Of a stretch of DNA of 64,000 nucleotides, positions 23,736 to 36,771 are shown in pieces. The position numbers and the translations under genes are program-made. Each line of letters begins with the position of its first letter. Position 1 is the first letter of the stretch. This DNA comes from Vicugna vicugna (lineage: Eukaryota), in NCBI GenBank assembly GCA_013265495.1, contig MU058226.1, positions 458,741 through 522,740 on the forward strand. Direction: 5' to 3'. The notes under the pieces are model-generated. The model had not been told where the DNA came from. It made no database searches and saw only the letters and a list, made by a program, of their open reading frames with translations.

Positions 23736-25075
23736 TCAGGTGGGTTTGTTCTTGACAATGCAGGCGTAGTCAGTGCTGAGGTCCTCCTTTCTGTCTTCCC
23801 TTTCTTGGTTGCGGAGGTCAGGTCCCTCCCGCTCCGGCAGCCTCAGCAGGGTCGCATAGTGGAGCTCCTGTTCCGGGAGCTGGGACTGGGCCCGGGCAGA
23901 AGGCGCTGACAGGAGGTCACCCAGGAGCCTCCCCACCAACCCCAACCCTTCCTTCTGAGTGCTTGCCATCCCCACCCCTGCTTTCTTGCCTCATTGCCTC
24001 CTCATAAGGGGAGATTCCATCTCTTTCCATCTCTCTCTCTCTCCCACCCTTTTCTCTTTGGGTCTCTCTCACTCTCATTCTCCCTCTTATTTTTCTTTTG
24101 GTTTCTCTCTTATTTTCCCTGTGTCTCTCTCATTCCCTCTCTGACTCTCTCATGCTCCTGTTTCTCTCTCTTCTCTTGCCTACCCCCACCACAGCCCTCA
24201 CATCCCCCTCTTGGGGCCCCATCACCCACTTCCCTGCCCGCAGACTCACCCCGCTCCTCTCCAGCCTCTTCACTGGAAGAAAACAAGAAGCTCAGCTCAG
24301 CCCTCCTGTTGTGCCTTCCAGCCCCTCACTCCGCCTCCCCACCCCCAGCAGGCATTTCCTCACTTGCCAACTTCCCTGTGGTTCACACGGCCAAAGACAT
24401 GGCCTCTCTCTTTGGACACTCTCCCCTCCCTTCTCCCACCAGACTTCTGCCCACTTCGTCACTCAGGATTGGTGGAGACTTGGAGAGACAGTGGTAGGAA
24501 GGGTGTGGTATAGAGGGCAGGTAGCAGGGGGCATGGCCGAGGAGCAAGGAGCAAATGAGGGAGCTAAGGGTGGTGGGGCTTACCTCTCACATGGAGCCGA
24601 CACAGGCAGATGGACAGAATGACCAAAACCAGGAGCAGGAGTCCCCCCAGCCCTAAGGTCGCATACCTGTAAAGACATAACTCTGTAGGGAAAAGGGGAG
24701 AGTATTAAAGAGCCCATTTCTCTTCAGCTCACCCTATCCTCCTGGTTGGCCGTGGATCTCAGCTCCTCTCTCCAACAGTGTTAGAGGCAAAAGATTCTCT
24801 GAGAGATACTTCACCCCAGACTGCATTCCCTCACCTCCCACCAGAGGTAGCCATCCCTCACGGGTTACCTCATTCACCCCTCAGAAGCCTCCCACTGCCA
24901 TCCCTGCCCTCTCTGGGCCTCCCCATGAAGTCCCTTGTCCACCTGCACTGGCTGGTCCCGAGAGGCCCTGGCCACCTACTCATGAACCACACACACCACT
25001 TTTTACCTACGGTTCCCTGTGCACCACAGCCCTCCCTGGGCAGAGCACTGCCTTACCTTGAGGCTCACAAACCAT
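23736..25075 (-). CDS. LST1: Leukocyte-specific transcript 1, transmembrane ITIM adaptor, about 96 aa
   Basis: Exons 25075-25057, 24682-24584, 24272-24250, 23885-23736 (291 nt). [98 protein letters not shown] segment, CxC, ITIM-like LHYATL and TDYACI. Confidence 0.88.
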
Positions 25076-28000
25076 CACTAGGTTGGGAATTGAAGACTGG
25101 CCTGCAGGTAAGAAAACCTGGCCCCTGCTCTTCCAGGCTAAATGGCCTGGGGTGAGTCACGTGCCCCAAGTTCCTTATCTGTGGTAAAGTTCAGGGCCCT
25201 CTGTTACAATCATTTCCCAGGCTGAGGAGCCTTTGTTACGGGCCAGACCTGAATGGGGCGCTTTCTGTTTGTCACTGCAAATCCCCGTAACAAGGACATC
25301 CAGCCCAGCAGTGGCAGAACTGGGGTTCAAGGCCAGCTCTGTCCAGCTCCAGAGCTCACCTCCTTTCCCCCACTCCAGGCTGACCAGCTGGTTCACAGGG
25401 CCCTCTCCAGCACTGGATAGTTCTAGGTTCTGGTGAGGGGGCTGAGGGAGGAGCCAGGGTAGGGCGTGTGGGGACTGGTGGGGAAACAGGGAGGGCGGTG
25501 CCCAGTGCCACCTGGCCACTGGGGCTGCTCCTTCAGCCCCAGAGCAACTCGGGAGAACAGGGCCCTGCTGGGCTGGTGTGGAGAGCTGCTTCCCTTGGGC
25601 AGATATTGCTGGGGCTGAAGTAGGGCCTGGAGGTGTGTCTGGGGTCCGTAACTTCCCCTCAGGCACTTCCTGCCCTGCAACCACTGGTTCCTGTTTGAGG
25701 GCGAAGAGGGGTCGCTGACTTCACCCTGAGCCAGATGCACTGACCAGGGTCTGGAAACTGAGACCATCCTGGGTTCAGGAGGAATGCTGGGGTTTGTGTG
25801 GGTGGGGGGAGCAGAAGCACAGGTGGAGAGGAGGATTTGGGTGGTCATGAGGGGCAGTGGGAGTGGAACTAGGTTGTTTTAAATTTCTCTGGGGAGCAGA
25901 GACAGAGGCTGGACAGAGGATTCCTCCAGGGCCAAGAGAAAGCCATACTCTCCCTTCCCTCATCTTAGCTGCTCCTCCCTCTGGGCTATGTCTATCCCCT
26001 CCCTGGGTTTCCCCCGTGAGGGTTCCAGCTTACCCAGACTCTGTGGCCTGCGGGTGGACACGCTCCAGACCAGCTAGAGCTGCCTGGGATGTGTTGCCAC
26101 CTCAGACATTCCTGCCCCTCCTCTGGTTTAACTTCTCCCCCAGCCTGGGTGACTGTCCAGCATCGTTAGGAGAGGAAGTTAGGCTTTGAGGGTTAGGGTT
26201 ACAACATCTTTCCTTTCAGACTCCTGAGTCTGTAACTTAGCCTGTGAACCCCAGCAGCTCCAGCCTTCCTACCGAGCCTGCAAATCGCCAGTGAACGTAT
26301 GCCTTCCAGGTGCCTTCCCTGATTACCTTTTCCTGGTGCATCGCTGAGAGCTCATGATCCTGGTGTATGTGTGTGGACACACACCCCAGCTCCTGCAGCT
26401 GACTGGGAGTTCTGGTGGATTTAGGGTAACTTCCTGGTGTTCTAGAGCTGTTTCTAACACTTGGGTGACTGATTAACAAATGGGAGAGTCAGAGGGAGCT
26501 GTATCTACATGAGCACTGCTAATAGATCAAGGACAGAAAGCTGATGATAAGTTGGTGCTGGGAAAGGATGTGTGGGCAATCCAGGTGGGCTTCCTGCAGG
26601 GGGCAGCATTCTGATGTTAAGCACAAAAGTAAGGGTGGCTATCTGAAACCCTCTGGACAGATGAAGGCCTCTTAGCGGCACTGTGATGGAGAGGGTGATG
26701 GATGCTGGAGGATGGCACACCTAGTCATTGAGGAGGGTGAAGACTGAGGACTCGTGAAAGCCAGGCGTGGGGAGGAGATCTGGTGCCTGGGTCCATATGC
26801 ACTTGTGTTTCCTTCTCCAAATTCAGAAACTTTCTGTTATTTCCTCCCCTTCCCCTATTCACGATGTTCCCCATGCAGGATAGTAGAACAATATTCAGTT
26901 TTTAAAAATGTTTTATTATTAAAATGTTCAAACGTAGAAAAAATTAAAAGAATTTAACAGTGAACGTATCCCTACGACCTAGATTCTACAATAAGTACTT
27001 TTCTATATTTGCTTTATCACATGTCTATCAATCCATCTCATTTTTTGATACCTTTCAAAGTTGCAAACATCAGTCCATTTTACCTCTAAACCCTTTACGA
27101 TGCTTATCATTGACTTGAGTTCAGTATTTGTTTCCCCATTTCTTTTTTTGGGGTGGTAAGGAAGGCAAGATTTACATACACTGAAATGCACAAATCTGAG
27201 GTCAGTACTCAGTTCTTAAACTGTCTTGTGGTTAAGGGCATGGAGCCAGACTGCCTGGGTTCAAATCCTGACTCTGCCACTTGTGTGTTACTTTCCACAA
27301 ATTCCTTAACCAATATGTGCCTCAGTTTCCTCTCAGTTTTTGTCAGGATTAAAAGCATTATTATATATAAAGGGTGTAGATCTGTGGCAGACACACGCCA
27401 AATGCTTTTTGTATATTAGCTATATTTTATCATCATTATTATTAATATTGCCAGAACACACAGAGATATCAAGAAGGGGAGATGATCTGGGACTAGCTCT
27501 AACTTCCTTGACCTGGTTTTTCCTCCTTTCGACTCCTACTACACTGCCTACTATAGCATTCATTTGGTCCATACTGCTTTGTTTTGCTTACTCATTCATT
27601 TATTTGTCCTTTCTTCACTTAACACTTAGCCAGCATCTATAAATGGATGGGGCTCATTCTAGATTGAGAAGCTCTCTGGGGGTGGGTGCCTCATCACTCT
27701 CCTGTCTGCACTACGTGTAGCAAGAGAGGTAACACTCCATTTCCATCCCTCTTCAGTGAGTTAACATTCAGTGGTGAGGCTGAGGCCCCCTTCAGCTGTC
27801 ATCACTGTGGACTGGTGCCTTACTCACTTAGCTCTGGGGGCTAGGAAGGAGCAAAGGAATGGGAGGGGCTCAGCCCAATGTGGGGATAGGTTCTTCTTAT
27901 GGACCTAGACATCCATCCCTCAAGACCCCAGTTCCTGTCTTCCTATTCCAGCCCTTGACCTCAGGGATACAGTCCTCCCTCCAGAACCCACCTCTGGGGT

Positions 28001-28231
28001 GCAGAAGAATGCAGACCACACTGGAAATCTAGAGTTCTGCATTCTCACTGCAGCTGCCTGACTTTCTGCAAGCTACCTTCCCTCCCTGAGTCTCAGTTTC
28101 CCTCCCCACTGAGTCAGAAGATCTCTAAGGCCCCCTTGAGCTCTACCCTGAAAGCCTGCCTCTTCACCCCAACTGCTTCCCCAGTTCAGAGAACCCAAGC
28201 ATCCAGCTGCCCCACCCTAGCTCTGGGTAAA

Positions 28232-28327
28232 CAGGAAGCAGGGTGAGTGGAGCAGGGGTGTGCGGAAAGTCCCAGCCAGGTGTGTGGGTCTATGGGGAGG
28301 GGGTGGCCCCACCCCTGAGGTATGAAA
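28232..28327 (+). promoter_or_regulatory. LTB proximal promoter (ETS, NF-kB, TATA-like)
   Basis: CAGGAAG near 28232; GGAAAGTCCC (= GGGACTTTCC on -) at 28264-28273; TATGAAA at 28321-28327. Confidence 0.75.
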
Positions 28328-28358
28328 GCCCCCCTGCCTTGGCCCTGGCTCAGTCTCA

Positions 28359-30134
28359 ATGGGGGCACTGGGGCTGGAGGGCCGGGGCAGGAGGCCTCAG
28401 GGGAAGGGATGCCTCCTGCTGGTTGTGGCAGGAGCCACTTCCCTGGTGACCCTCCTGCTGGCTGTGCCTATCACTGTCCTGGCTATGCTGGCTTTGGTGC
28501 CCCAGGAGCAGGGAGGACTGGTGAGTGGCTGCAACAAATCCTTGAAGAGCTGTAAATTGCTGCTGCTCACTCACCTCTGGTTATGCCTGAGGGTTTCTTG
28601 CCTCATCTTGCTGAGCTGGTTTGGCTGTCCTCAGTGAGGATGTCTTGTCTGTCTCTTTGCTGGTCTTCCTCTCCATGTTCCTGTGATGCTGTTGTGTCCT
28701 GATGTCTCCAAGCCCTTTACTGGTTGTCTGCCTGTCTCCTCTTCTCTTCCCAAGACATACTCGGGCCTCTGTCTCTCTGCCCAAGTACAGATGCCTTGCT
28801 TGCTCTCCATTCCAGGGAGGTGTGTGTTGAGGCTGGGGTTGGTGGAAGAGTTTGGGTCTATGTTGGGAATGGGAGGGGTGGGGTTGGTATCAGCTAAGAC
28901 TGAACTCTGGGCACTGTGACCCCACCCACTCAGGTAACGGGGACTGCTGACCCAGGCGCACAGGCACAGGCCAGGCAGCAACTGGGTAAGAGCAGACCAT
29001 CTCCCCCTCCCCGGCTCCTGCCTCTCAGGGACTCCCAGCTCCCATCCATCTGCATCCCCAGATACTCTCTTCCTCCATGAATCCAGGTGCCCCATCCCTG
29101 GGCCCTGGTGCCCTGTTGTCTTAGGAGGACTGTGTGTGAGTGGCTGCCCTGCCCCCAATTGTGGACCCTTTGCCCCTTCCAGAGTCCCAGGAGCAGCCAG
29201 AGGAGGAGGTAGAAACAGATCTCAGCCCCAGGCTCCCAGCTGCCCATCTCATTGGTAAGGATCTCATAGACCTGAATAGTCCATGAGTGCCAATTCTGCT
29301 CTGTTATTCCTGTGCTCAGTTGCCCAGCTGCTCCACCGCCACTCTAGTGCCCACCCTTCCGCTTGTCCAGCATTCTTGTTTCTCGCTTCTCCTCCGGAGG
29401 AGGCAAAACCCGGCCTGGATCTTCCCATTACGGCGCTCTGCACGGCACACCCAGGTGCCCTCGGTCCCCAGCCAATACTCACACTGGCAGAGTGAGCGCC
29501 ATCACCCCGCTGCCCCGAGCCCGGCTGGCTTCCTGCCGGGGATTAAAAAGCACCACTCCCCCAACACCAACCCCCAACTCCCTCTTCCCCCGTTGGCTCC
29601 CGCTCACCATCCCAGAAAGTCCCGGGCCTGGGTCACTCCTCTCGGGATCCCCGAGAGCCGACAGGCCGTTTCTCCGCAGGCGCTTGGACCACCGGGCAGG
29701 GGCTAGGCTGGGAGACGAAGAAAGAAGAGGCATTTCTGAGGAGCGGGACGCAGTTCTCTGGCGCCGAGGGGCTGGCCCTCCCTCAGGATGGCCTTTATTA
29801 TCTCTACTGTCACATCGGCTACCGGGGCCGGGCGCCCCCTCCCGGCGGGGACCCCCTGGACCGCTCGGTCACGCTGCTCAGCCGGCTTTACCGGGCGGGG
29901 GGTGCCTACGGACCCGGGACTCCTGAGCTGCTGCTCGAGGGCGCAGAGACCGTGACCCCGGTCTTGGACCCCGCCCGGAGGCACGAGTACGGGCCCCTCT
30001 GGTACACGAGCGTGGGGTTCGGTGGCCTGGTGCAGCTCCGGAGGGGCGAGAGGGTGTACGTCAATATCAGTCACCCCGATATGGTGGACTACAGGAGAGG
30101 AAAGACCTTCTTTGGTGCGGTGATGGTGGGCTGA
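28359..30134 (+). CDS. LTB: Lymphotoxin beta, 246 aa
   Basis: Exons 28359-28520, 28934-28985, 29183-29254, 29680-30134 (741 nt). MGALGLEGRGRRPQGKGCLLL...LPAAHLIGAWTTGQGLGWE...DGLYYLYCHIGYRG...GKTFFGAVMVG. AATAAA at 30278-30283. Confidence 0.97.
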
Positions 30135-31794
30135 GGGCTGCCGGCGTCCTGGGGAAAACGACTGCATGGTGGGAGTGTGTGAATGAATCAGCCCAGATAT
30201 TGGGGACTCAGACACCAGGGACCCCGTACCCGTGGGGAAAATGTAGGTGATGGGAAACTGATTTTGAGCCTTATGGAAATAAAGAATGTAAAGCTTTAGT
30301 GCTGCCAATACAGATGCTGAGATGCTAATGTGTCTTCATTCAGGGTGGGTACACAAGTCATGGTTAAATATACTGGGGTTATTTTGTGTGTGTGTGTGTT
30401 TTTCTGGTTTCTTGAAACAGTTCATGACATTTGGTATGGCCTCTGTTCCCTGGGTTGGGGGTCTGTGGATCCCATCCACTCCTGCCTCTGAATGGCCTTG
30501 CGCCATTGGCCCATTTGGATGGGTAGAAGGAAAGGGAACTTCTCAAATCCCAAAGCATCTCCATGCATCCTAATTCTCAGGGCCACATGGTCCCCCCTGG
30601 GACTCAACACTGCACTCTTTTCTCTTGGGTCCCTACCAGCAGTGACAGAGGTCATTACAGGGGAAGGCAAGCAGCACTCATAAAGGCCCAACTGGCAGAG
30701 TAAATCCAAATAGGGCTGATAATGAAGCACTGAGAAGTCAGCACTTCTCCCCTGCTAATTGCTTGAAGGCTCCATTAGCTAATATCTCACAGTCAACTCT
30801 TCTCTTCCAAGGGAAGAACCAACAGCTCATGGGATATGAAGTCAGAAGGCTGAAGGAGACAATTGGGAGGGTGATGAAGAAAGGGAGATGGGGTGGGGAT
30901 AATGCCTAAGGACACCAAGAAGAACCTGGGGAGGAAGGGGAGGAAGAAAAGCTGATGCCACTTAGTCCTGTCCAGAATGGGATGGAAGGATATGAAGACC
31001 CTCACCTTCAGGTCCCCTTCTCTAAGAAGGGTGGGAGCCCCAGGGTGAGTGACAGTAGCCCCCTCACCCCATGACTAACATTTAGCCCTGGGCTGGAGGA
31101 GGCAGAAAGGAATCCAATGCTCTATCTAGGTTACCCCAGTGGGTCACCCCACCCCTGTGGCACACCACACGGTTTTCCCCGCCTGGCAGGAAGGAAAATG
31201 CAACTTCTGAGCCCAGAGGTGGGGCTACAACTCTCTGAGTCTTCGTTTCTGACTCCATATTTATCTTTGTGTCCAGAAGAGCCTTCCTGGGTGTGTGTTG
31301 GGGGGAAGATGGAGGGAATGCATTTTTCTTCTCACTTCTCCCATCTCACATCCCTCTCCTCATCATTTGCCAAGAAAATCAGTGAGACCAAGCTGGCATG
31401 GAAGTCCTTGACCTACATCTTCTTCCTTGTTTATTTTCTTCTTTCTCTTCAATTCCTTCCACTAAGGGATGGAAGGGGATAGAAGACTGGGAGCTGGATA
31501 AAGGGAGAAAGCCAGAATTCACTGGGTGCTCTGCTAGGTACTCAGATGTAGTTTATTTAGGTCTTCTGTTCTCACATGGCTCCATACATGGTCAGGGTTC
31601 ATACTGCTCTTTGATAGATGGTGTACAATATCTGGTTCTGGTTGCACAGTTAGGAAAAGGCTGGCAGGGGAGGGACGTGGGGTGGGATCAGGCAATTTGG
31701 AGCTCAGTTGCCTGAGTGTCTGAAAGTCCCTTGGCTGTGATTCAGGTGTTTGTGAATTTGGCCCCTCTCCAGCTCTTTCTCTCAGGCCTAAACA

Positions 31795-31863
31795 GCCGGA
31801 AATCTCACCTGAGCTGCAGGATTTCCCCGGCTTGGATAGGAATTCCCAGAGTTGGAAATTCCC
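31795..31863. promoter_or_regulatory. TNF 3'-flanking NF-kB enhancer cluster
   Basis: Three kB motifs on -: GGGGAAATCC (31828-31819), GGGAATTCCT (31847-31838), GGGAATTTCC (31863-31854), about 250 bp past the TNF polyA signal. Confidence 0.8.
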
Positions 31864-32306
31864 ATGCCCCAAGGGAGAGGTAATGAAGTTCAGGCTCCTT
31901 TCTTGGGGGAGGAGCATATTCCAAAGGACTTTGTTTTCTGTAGGGTCCCCAGAGTCCCAGTCACCCCAATAATGAGAACTGGGTCCAGGGACCTTAAGCC
32001 TGAGAAGAAAGAACTTCAGGGAGTGGCTCCCATGCTCCTCACAAGGAGAGGCCGATGCAGAATTAATTCCCAGAGACAGAGGCCATACTTCTTTTCTAAG
32101 CACATTTTATTTCTCGCCACTGACCAGTAGGGCGATTACAGACACAACTCCCCTGGGGAGCAGAGGTTCAGCGATGCAGCGACAAGTCAGTCACCAAATC
32201 AGCGTGATTTAGACAGTTTGATCAGATAAATAGTTTTTTAAAAAACATAAGCTAAAGGAGGCACAGAGGCTAGGAAGCCAGGTGGGAACAATCTAGAATT
32301 CAGCTC

Positions 32307-32431
32307 CGTTTTCACAGAAAACATGTCTTAGCCAAAGCAACCCCTACACTGGCTCTCCCAGGACACCTTGACCTCCTAAATAAATACATTCATTAGTAAA
32401 TAAATAAATAATAAATAAATAATAAATAATT
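32307..32431 (-). promoter_or_regulatory. TNF 3' UTR AU-rich element and constitutive decay element (Roquin stem-loop)
   Basis: Overlapping UUAUUUAUU repeats at 32431-32397; UGUUUUCUGUGAAAACG at 32323-32307; AATAAA at 32111-32106. Confidence 0.9.
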
Positions 32432-32896
32432 ACAAGTGCAAACATAAATAGAGGGAACTGGCCCCCCTAGGGCTGGGGGTGGGCCCTCCATCTCAGGGAA
32501 GTCTGGAAACAGTTGAAGAAAGGGAGGCTTGAAGTCCACTCATGTCAAGTTCTAGGTGAGATCTTCTCATGGGATGTTCTGAAGTGTTCCAGACAGAAGC
32601 CAAGTTTCCCTGGCTCCCACATTCCAGGTGTCCCAGGTTGCATCCAGGAATCCCAACCTGGGGACCCCAGTGAGTTTTGGAAGACCTCGTTTGAATTCTC
32701 AGTAGTGGTCAGTGCCCCGTTGTCCAGGCCACATGTTCCTGCAACCTCGATTTCTAAGTGTTGTTACTGTTCAAAGTTTTAAGCTTGGAGCCCAGCCCTC
32801 AGCCCCTAGTTCTCTTTCTAAAGCAGAAAGGGATGAGGGGTCTGAAGGAGTAAATAATAAAGGGATTGAGGTGGGAGGGGATGATGTCCTGCCCCC

Positions 32897-34675
32897 TCAC
32901 AGGGCAATGATCCCGAAGTAGACCTGCCCAGACTCGGCAAAGTCCAGGTAGTTGGGCATGTTGATCTCAGCACTAAGTCGATCATCCTTCTCCAGCTGGA
33001 AGACCCCTCCCAGATAGATGGGCTCGTACCAGGGCTTGGCCTCAGCCTCCTCTGAGGTGCCCCCCTGGCAAGGGCTCTTGATGGCAGAGAGGAGGTTGGC
33101 TTTGTTTGGGTAGGAGACGGCAAGGCGGCTGATGGTGTGAGTGAGGAACACGGGGGTGGAGGGGCAGCGCTGGCCACTGAAGAGGACCTGGGAGTAGATG
33201 AGGTATAGCCCATCAGTTGGTACCACCAGCTGGTTGTCTTCCAGCTTCACACCATTGGCCAGGAGGGTATTGGCAAACCGCTTCTCCCACTGCAGCTGCC
33301 CCTGGGCAGCGGGGTCCGCTGGAAGGAAGGAGAAAAAGAAGGCGGGGTAAGTCAGTGTGACCCTGTCAGTTCCACTCTCCACATCCTGGCCCTCAAGTTC
33401 TGCCCACCCCCAACATCCGGTTCCTGTCCCCTCTGTTTGTCTTCCCACATCCCATCTGGCCATGAGGTTCTGAGTCTCCCCCTCAAGTGCTAGGTATCCT
33501 CCACCCTCTCCTTGAGCTCAGTGAGTCCTTCTCACACTGTCTCCTGGGTCTGTCTATCCTTAACCTGGGTTCAGCCCCCAAACCCTATCCCTCCCCATCC
33601 CATCTGCTTCTTCAGCCCCCAGGCACAGCCTCAGAACTCTTACCTACAACGTGGGCGACAGGCTTATCTCTTGAGGCTTGAGAAGATGATCCTGAAGAGG
33701 AAAGAAGAAAGAAAAAGGTGAGACCCTTCAGCTTCCCAGAAAATATCCCGCTACTTTGACCTCCATTCCATCTCCCCTCAAACCCAAAACTCTAAATTTC
33801 CCCTACTGCTTCTATCTCAGGACTAACCCCCACATCTGCCCAAGCGCAGAATTAGGAGAGAGGTTTTGGAGACACTTACTGAGGGTCTGGGCCAGAGGGT
33901 TCATGATCTGGAGGCCAGTCAGGAGCTGTTGAGGAGAAGATGGAGGATTAGTATCAGAGCAAGTCACCCTTAAAGGAGAAACAGCTGGCTGCCTCTGTAG
34001 CTTGTGCTGTCTGCCCTGTTGTGTCTAGTCTTCTCTCTCCATTCATTCATTTTTTCATCATCCATCTGTTCAATAACTCTTTCACTGAGTTCTTTCCACG
34101 TGCTAAGCACCCTGTCTACACCTTTCCTTCTCTCTTTCATAGATCCTATATCCCTTTCTATCTCACCATCTTTATCCACATCACTTGTTTTTTCTCCATC
34201 TCTCTTCCCTAACCCTTTATCAGTTCACACATCTCTCTTTACATCTGTATCCCTGCTTGCTCATTCATTCATTCAACAAATATTTAGAGAGCATCTTCCA
34301 GGTGCCAGGCACCCCATTTCCCTATCCTTCTCTCTCTTCCCCCATCTCTCTCCACATCTCCTTCTGCCTGCCCATCTCTCCCCATGCCTCCCCATCAGCA
34401 TACCTCTTTCCCACATCCCATCTCTCGCCCTCTTTCTCCCCTACTTCTCTCTGGGTGGGAGAATGAGCTAAGGCTATCCAGGCACTCACCTCTTCTTTCT
34501 GGGGCCCAATTACCCCAAAGTGCAGCAGGCAGAAGAGCGTGGTGGCTCCTGCGACAAGGAGGAAGGAAAAGAGGCTGAGGCACAAGCACCTTCTGGAGCC
34601 CTGGGGGCCCCCTGCCTTCTTGGGGAGCGCCTCCTCCGCCAGCTCCACGTCCCGGATCATGCTTTCAGTGCTCAT
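32897..34675 (-). CDS. TNF: Tumor necrosis factor (TNF-alpha), 233 aa
   Basis: Exons 34675-34490, 33925-33880, 33691-33644, 33318-32897 (702 nt). [33 protein letters not shown]...[23 protein letters not shown]...[12 protein letters not shown]. Confidence 0.99.
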
Positions 34676-34889
34676 GGTGTCTTCTTCAAAGGGTCTTTCT
34701 TCCAGCTGGGAGATGGTAGAGCCTTGGGGCAGCTTGTGTTAGAGAGAGAGTCGCCCGGCTGCCTGTCGGGGGTGTGTTTTCTGAGAGGTTGTTTCCAGGG
34801 GGGTCTGGAGTTGCTTCTCTCTCTCCTGGCTGGTACCCTGGTGTCCTCGCTCTGGGAGCTTCTGCTGGCTGGGTGTGCAGACAGCTGCA

Positions 34890-35060
34890 TTTATACGCCC
34901 TGGGGTGAGAGGAGGGCGGGGATAGACTCTCATTCAACCAGCGGAAAACTTCCTTGGTGGAGAAACCCATGAGCTCATCTGGAGGAAGCGGTAGTGGGCC
35001 CTACACCTTCTGTCTTGGTTTCTTCTCCATCGTGGGGGCGGGGGTTTGGAAAGTTGGGGA
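34890..35060 (-). promoter_or_regulatory. TNF core promoter
   Basis: TATAAA at 34895-34890, GC box near 34915, GGGTTTCTCC (kappa3/NFAT) at 34968-34959, CRE-like TGAGCTCA at 34970-34977, Egr/Sp1 GC tract near 35035. Confidence 0.88.
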
Positions 35061-36771
35061 CACCCAGGCATCAAGGATACTTCCTACCCTCCTCACCCAG
35101 ATTCTGAAGGGGGCTCACTGGGCCAGTTCCTGCTGTGTATGTGGGACCCTACGGGCTGGGCCCTCATTCCCCTCTGCCCCTCACCCTAATTTCTATTGTT
35201 TCCATTTCTTTGGTGACAAGGTCTGTGGCTTATTTCTCTCTGATTTCTAGACAGGACTCCTATAGGGGTTGAACTAGAAATGAGAGGGGCTTCAGAAAAC
35301 AGTCCTTAATAGCAAACGTGGGAGAAGAGGTACTGGGTCCTGAGATGTGTATTTGGGTTCTTTGAGGGGAAAGGAAGTAGGAGAAAGGGGAGCTTAGGCT
35401 CTGCAGAGACTAGGGGAGGAGCACAGGGATGAGCCTGGGACAGTCCCAGAGGGAGTCAAAGCAACGCTGGGAAATCACAAACCCCACCAGAGCAGGCCTT
35501 CTCCTTTCACTCTGACGGGGGACTCACCAGAACTCTGGTGCTGGTTTCAGTTTTGGCATCCAAGGGAATGTGAGACTCTGATTTTTGCATGAAGTCCCCA
35601 CCCCTCAGAGTCCCTGTGTGTGCCCATTTATCCCCAAAGAATTCCTGGAGACAGCCCTGGACCTTGGAGCCCCTGTGCGGGACCATGTCTCCTCAAATGT
35701 CCCCTGAATTCCCCAGCCTCCTCGCCTTGGATGCTCTCCCACCTCTCAGGGCTCTTGCCTGACCGTGTCTGTCTGCCAGGGGGTCCTCATACCCCACCCC
35801 ATAGTCCTCAACACCCTTCAGGGTGGTCACTGCTCCCCAGAGGCCTCCTGTAAACCCCATTCCTCAGACCATCTCCACGTGGCCATATCTGCCAGGGGTC
35901 CCTGACGCAGTCCTCCAGACCTTGGACCTGCTTCTTTGCTTTGTCTTCGCAGCTTATCCTCATTTCCCCTGCAGTGACCTGGCTGCCCCACCCCCGCGAG
36001 TCCACCATATTTCCCCCAAGCCCCTTAGGCCTCTGTGTACGCACACCGCTTCTGAACCCTCTGATTCCTGTCCTCCCACCATTCCTTCGAGACTTCTGGA
36101 GAATTCTCCCTTCCCAGACAGACAGACGCAGGCAGACAGCATTTCAGAGAAAAGAGGTTTATTGGGCTTCATCAGAGGTTGGATGTTTCCTCCTGGGCTG
36201 TCCAGTCAAGCAGTTGCTGACTCTTAACAGCCTTTCACTTCCTTCTAGACCCCCTTGGTCCCTCAGATCCACTTTTTTTCCTCTCTCCCTAGGTCATCCT
36301 TATGACGATGCCCTCTCAACTCTTCATCCCTTGGGCATATTTTTCTCTTTCTTCTGTCCCTCTATTACTCCCTTCTCTCCATCCTCCATAAATAAATAAT
36401 TTAATTTTTCACCTTCATAAATAACCCACCCCCTGCCTCCAGTCATCCCCCCAAGCTCCCTCATGTGTCCCTCCCCTTCCATGTCCAGGGCGAGGCCCCC
36501 CCCCCAGACTGGCAGGACTGGTGAAGGGCTCTGGGTGGGCATTTCTACGCAGGCTTGAAATCCTCAAAGGAGCATCCGGGGTGATTCAGGGAGTGTGGTC
36601 TCCTGGAGTGCCGATAATTCCTTCTTTGGAACCTCCAGGTGCTGAGAGAGAGGGGAAGACTTGAGATTGTTGGAATGGTCAGAGGAGAGGCATGGTGACC
36701 CCCTGAAGTGGTCAGAATGGAGGCAAATGGGGAGAAGGCCTTGAAACCAATTTTCTTCTTTCCAGATTTTT

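Noticed and set aside
23886..23900. Apparent loss of the LST1 last-exon acceptor (CCCGG before GCCCAG)
   Set aside because: An in-frame AG at 23887-23886 gives a complete ORF, so LST1 is not a pseudogene.
23994..24622. ORFs over the CT-rich LST1 intron and similar purine/pyrimidine tracts (18613-19122, 34004-34471)
   Set aside because: Low-complexity sequence that lacks stop codons by composition.
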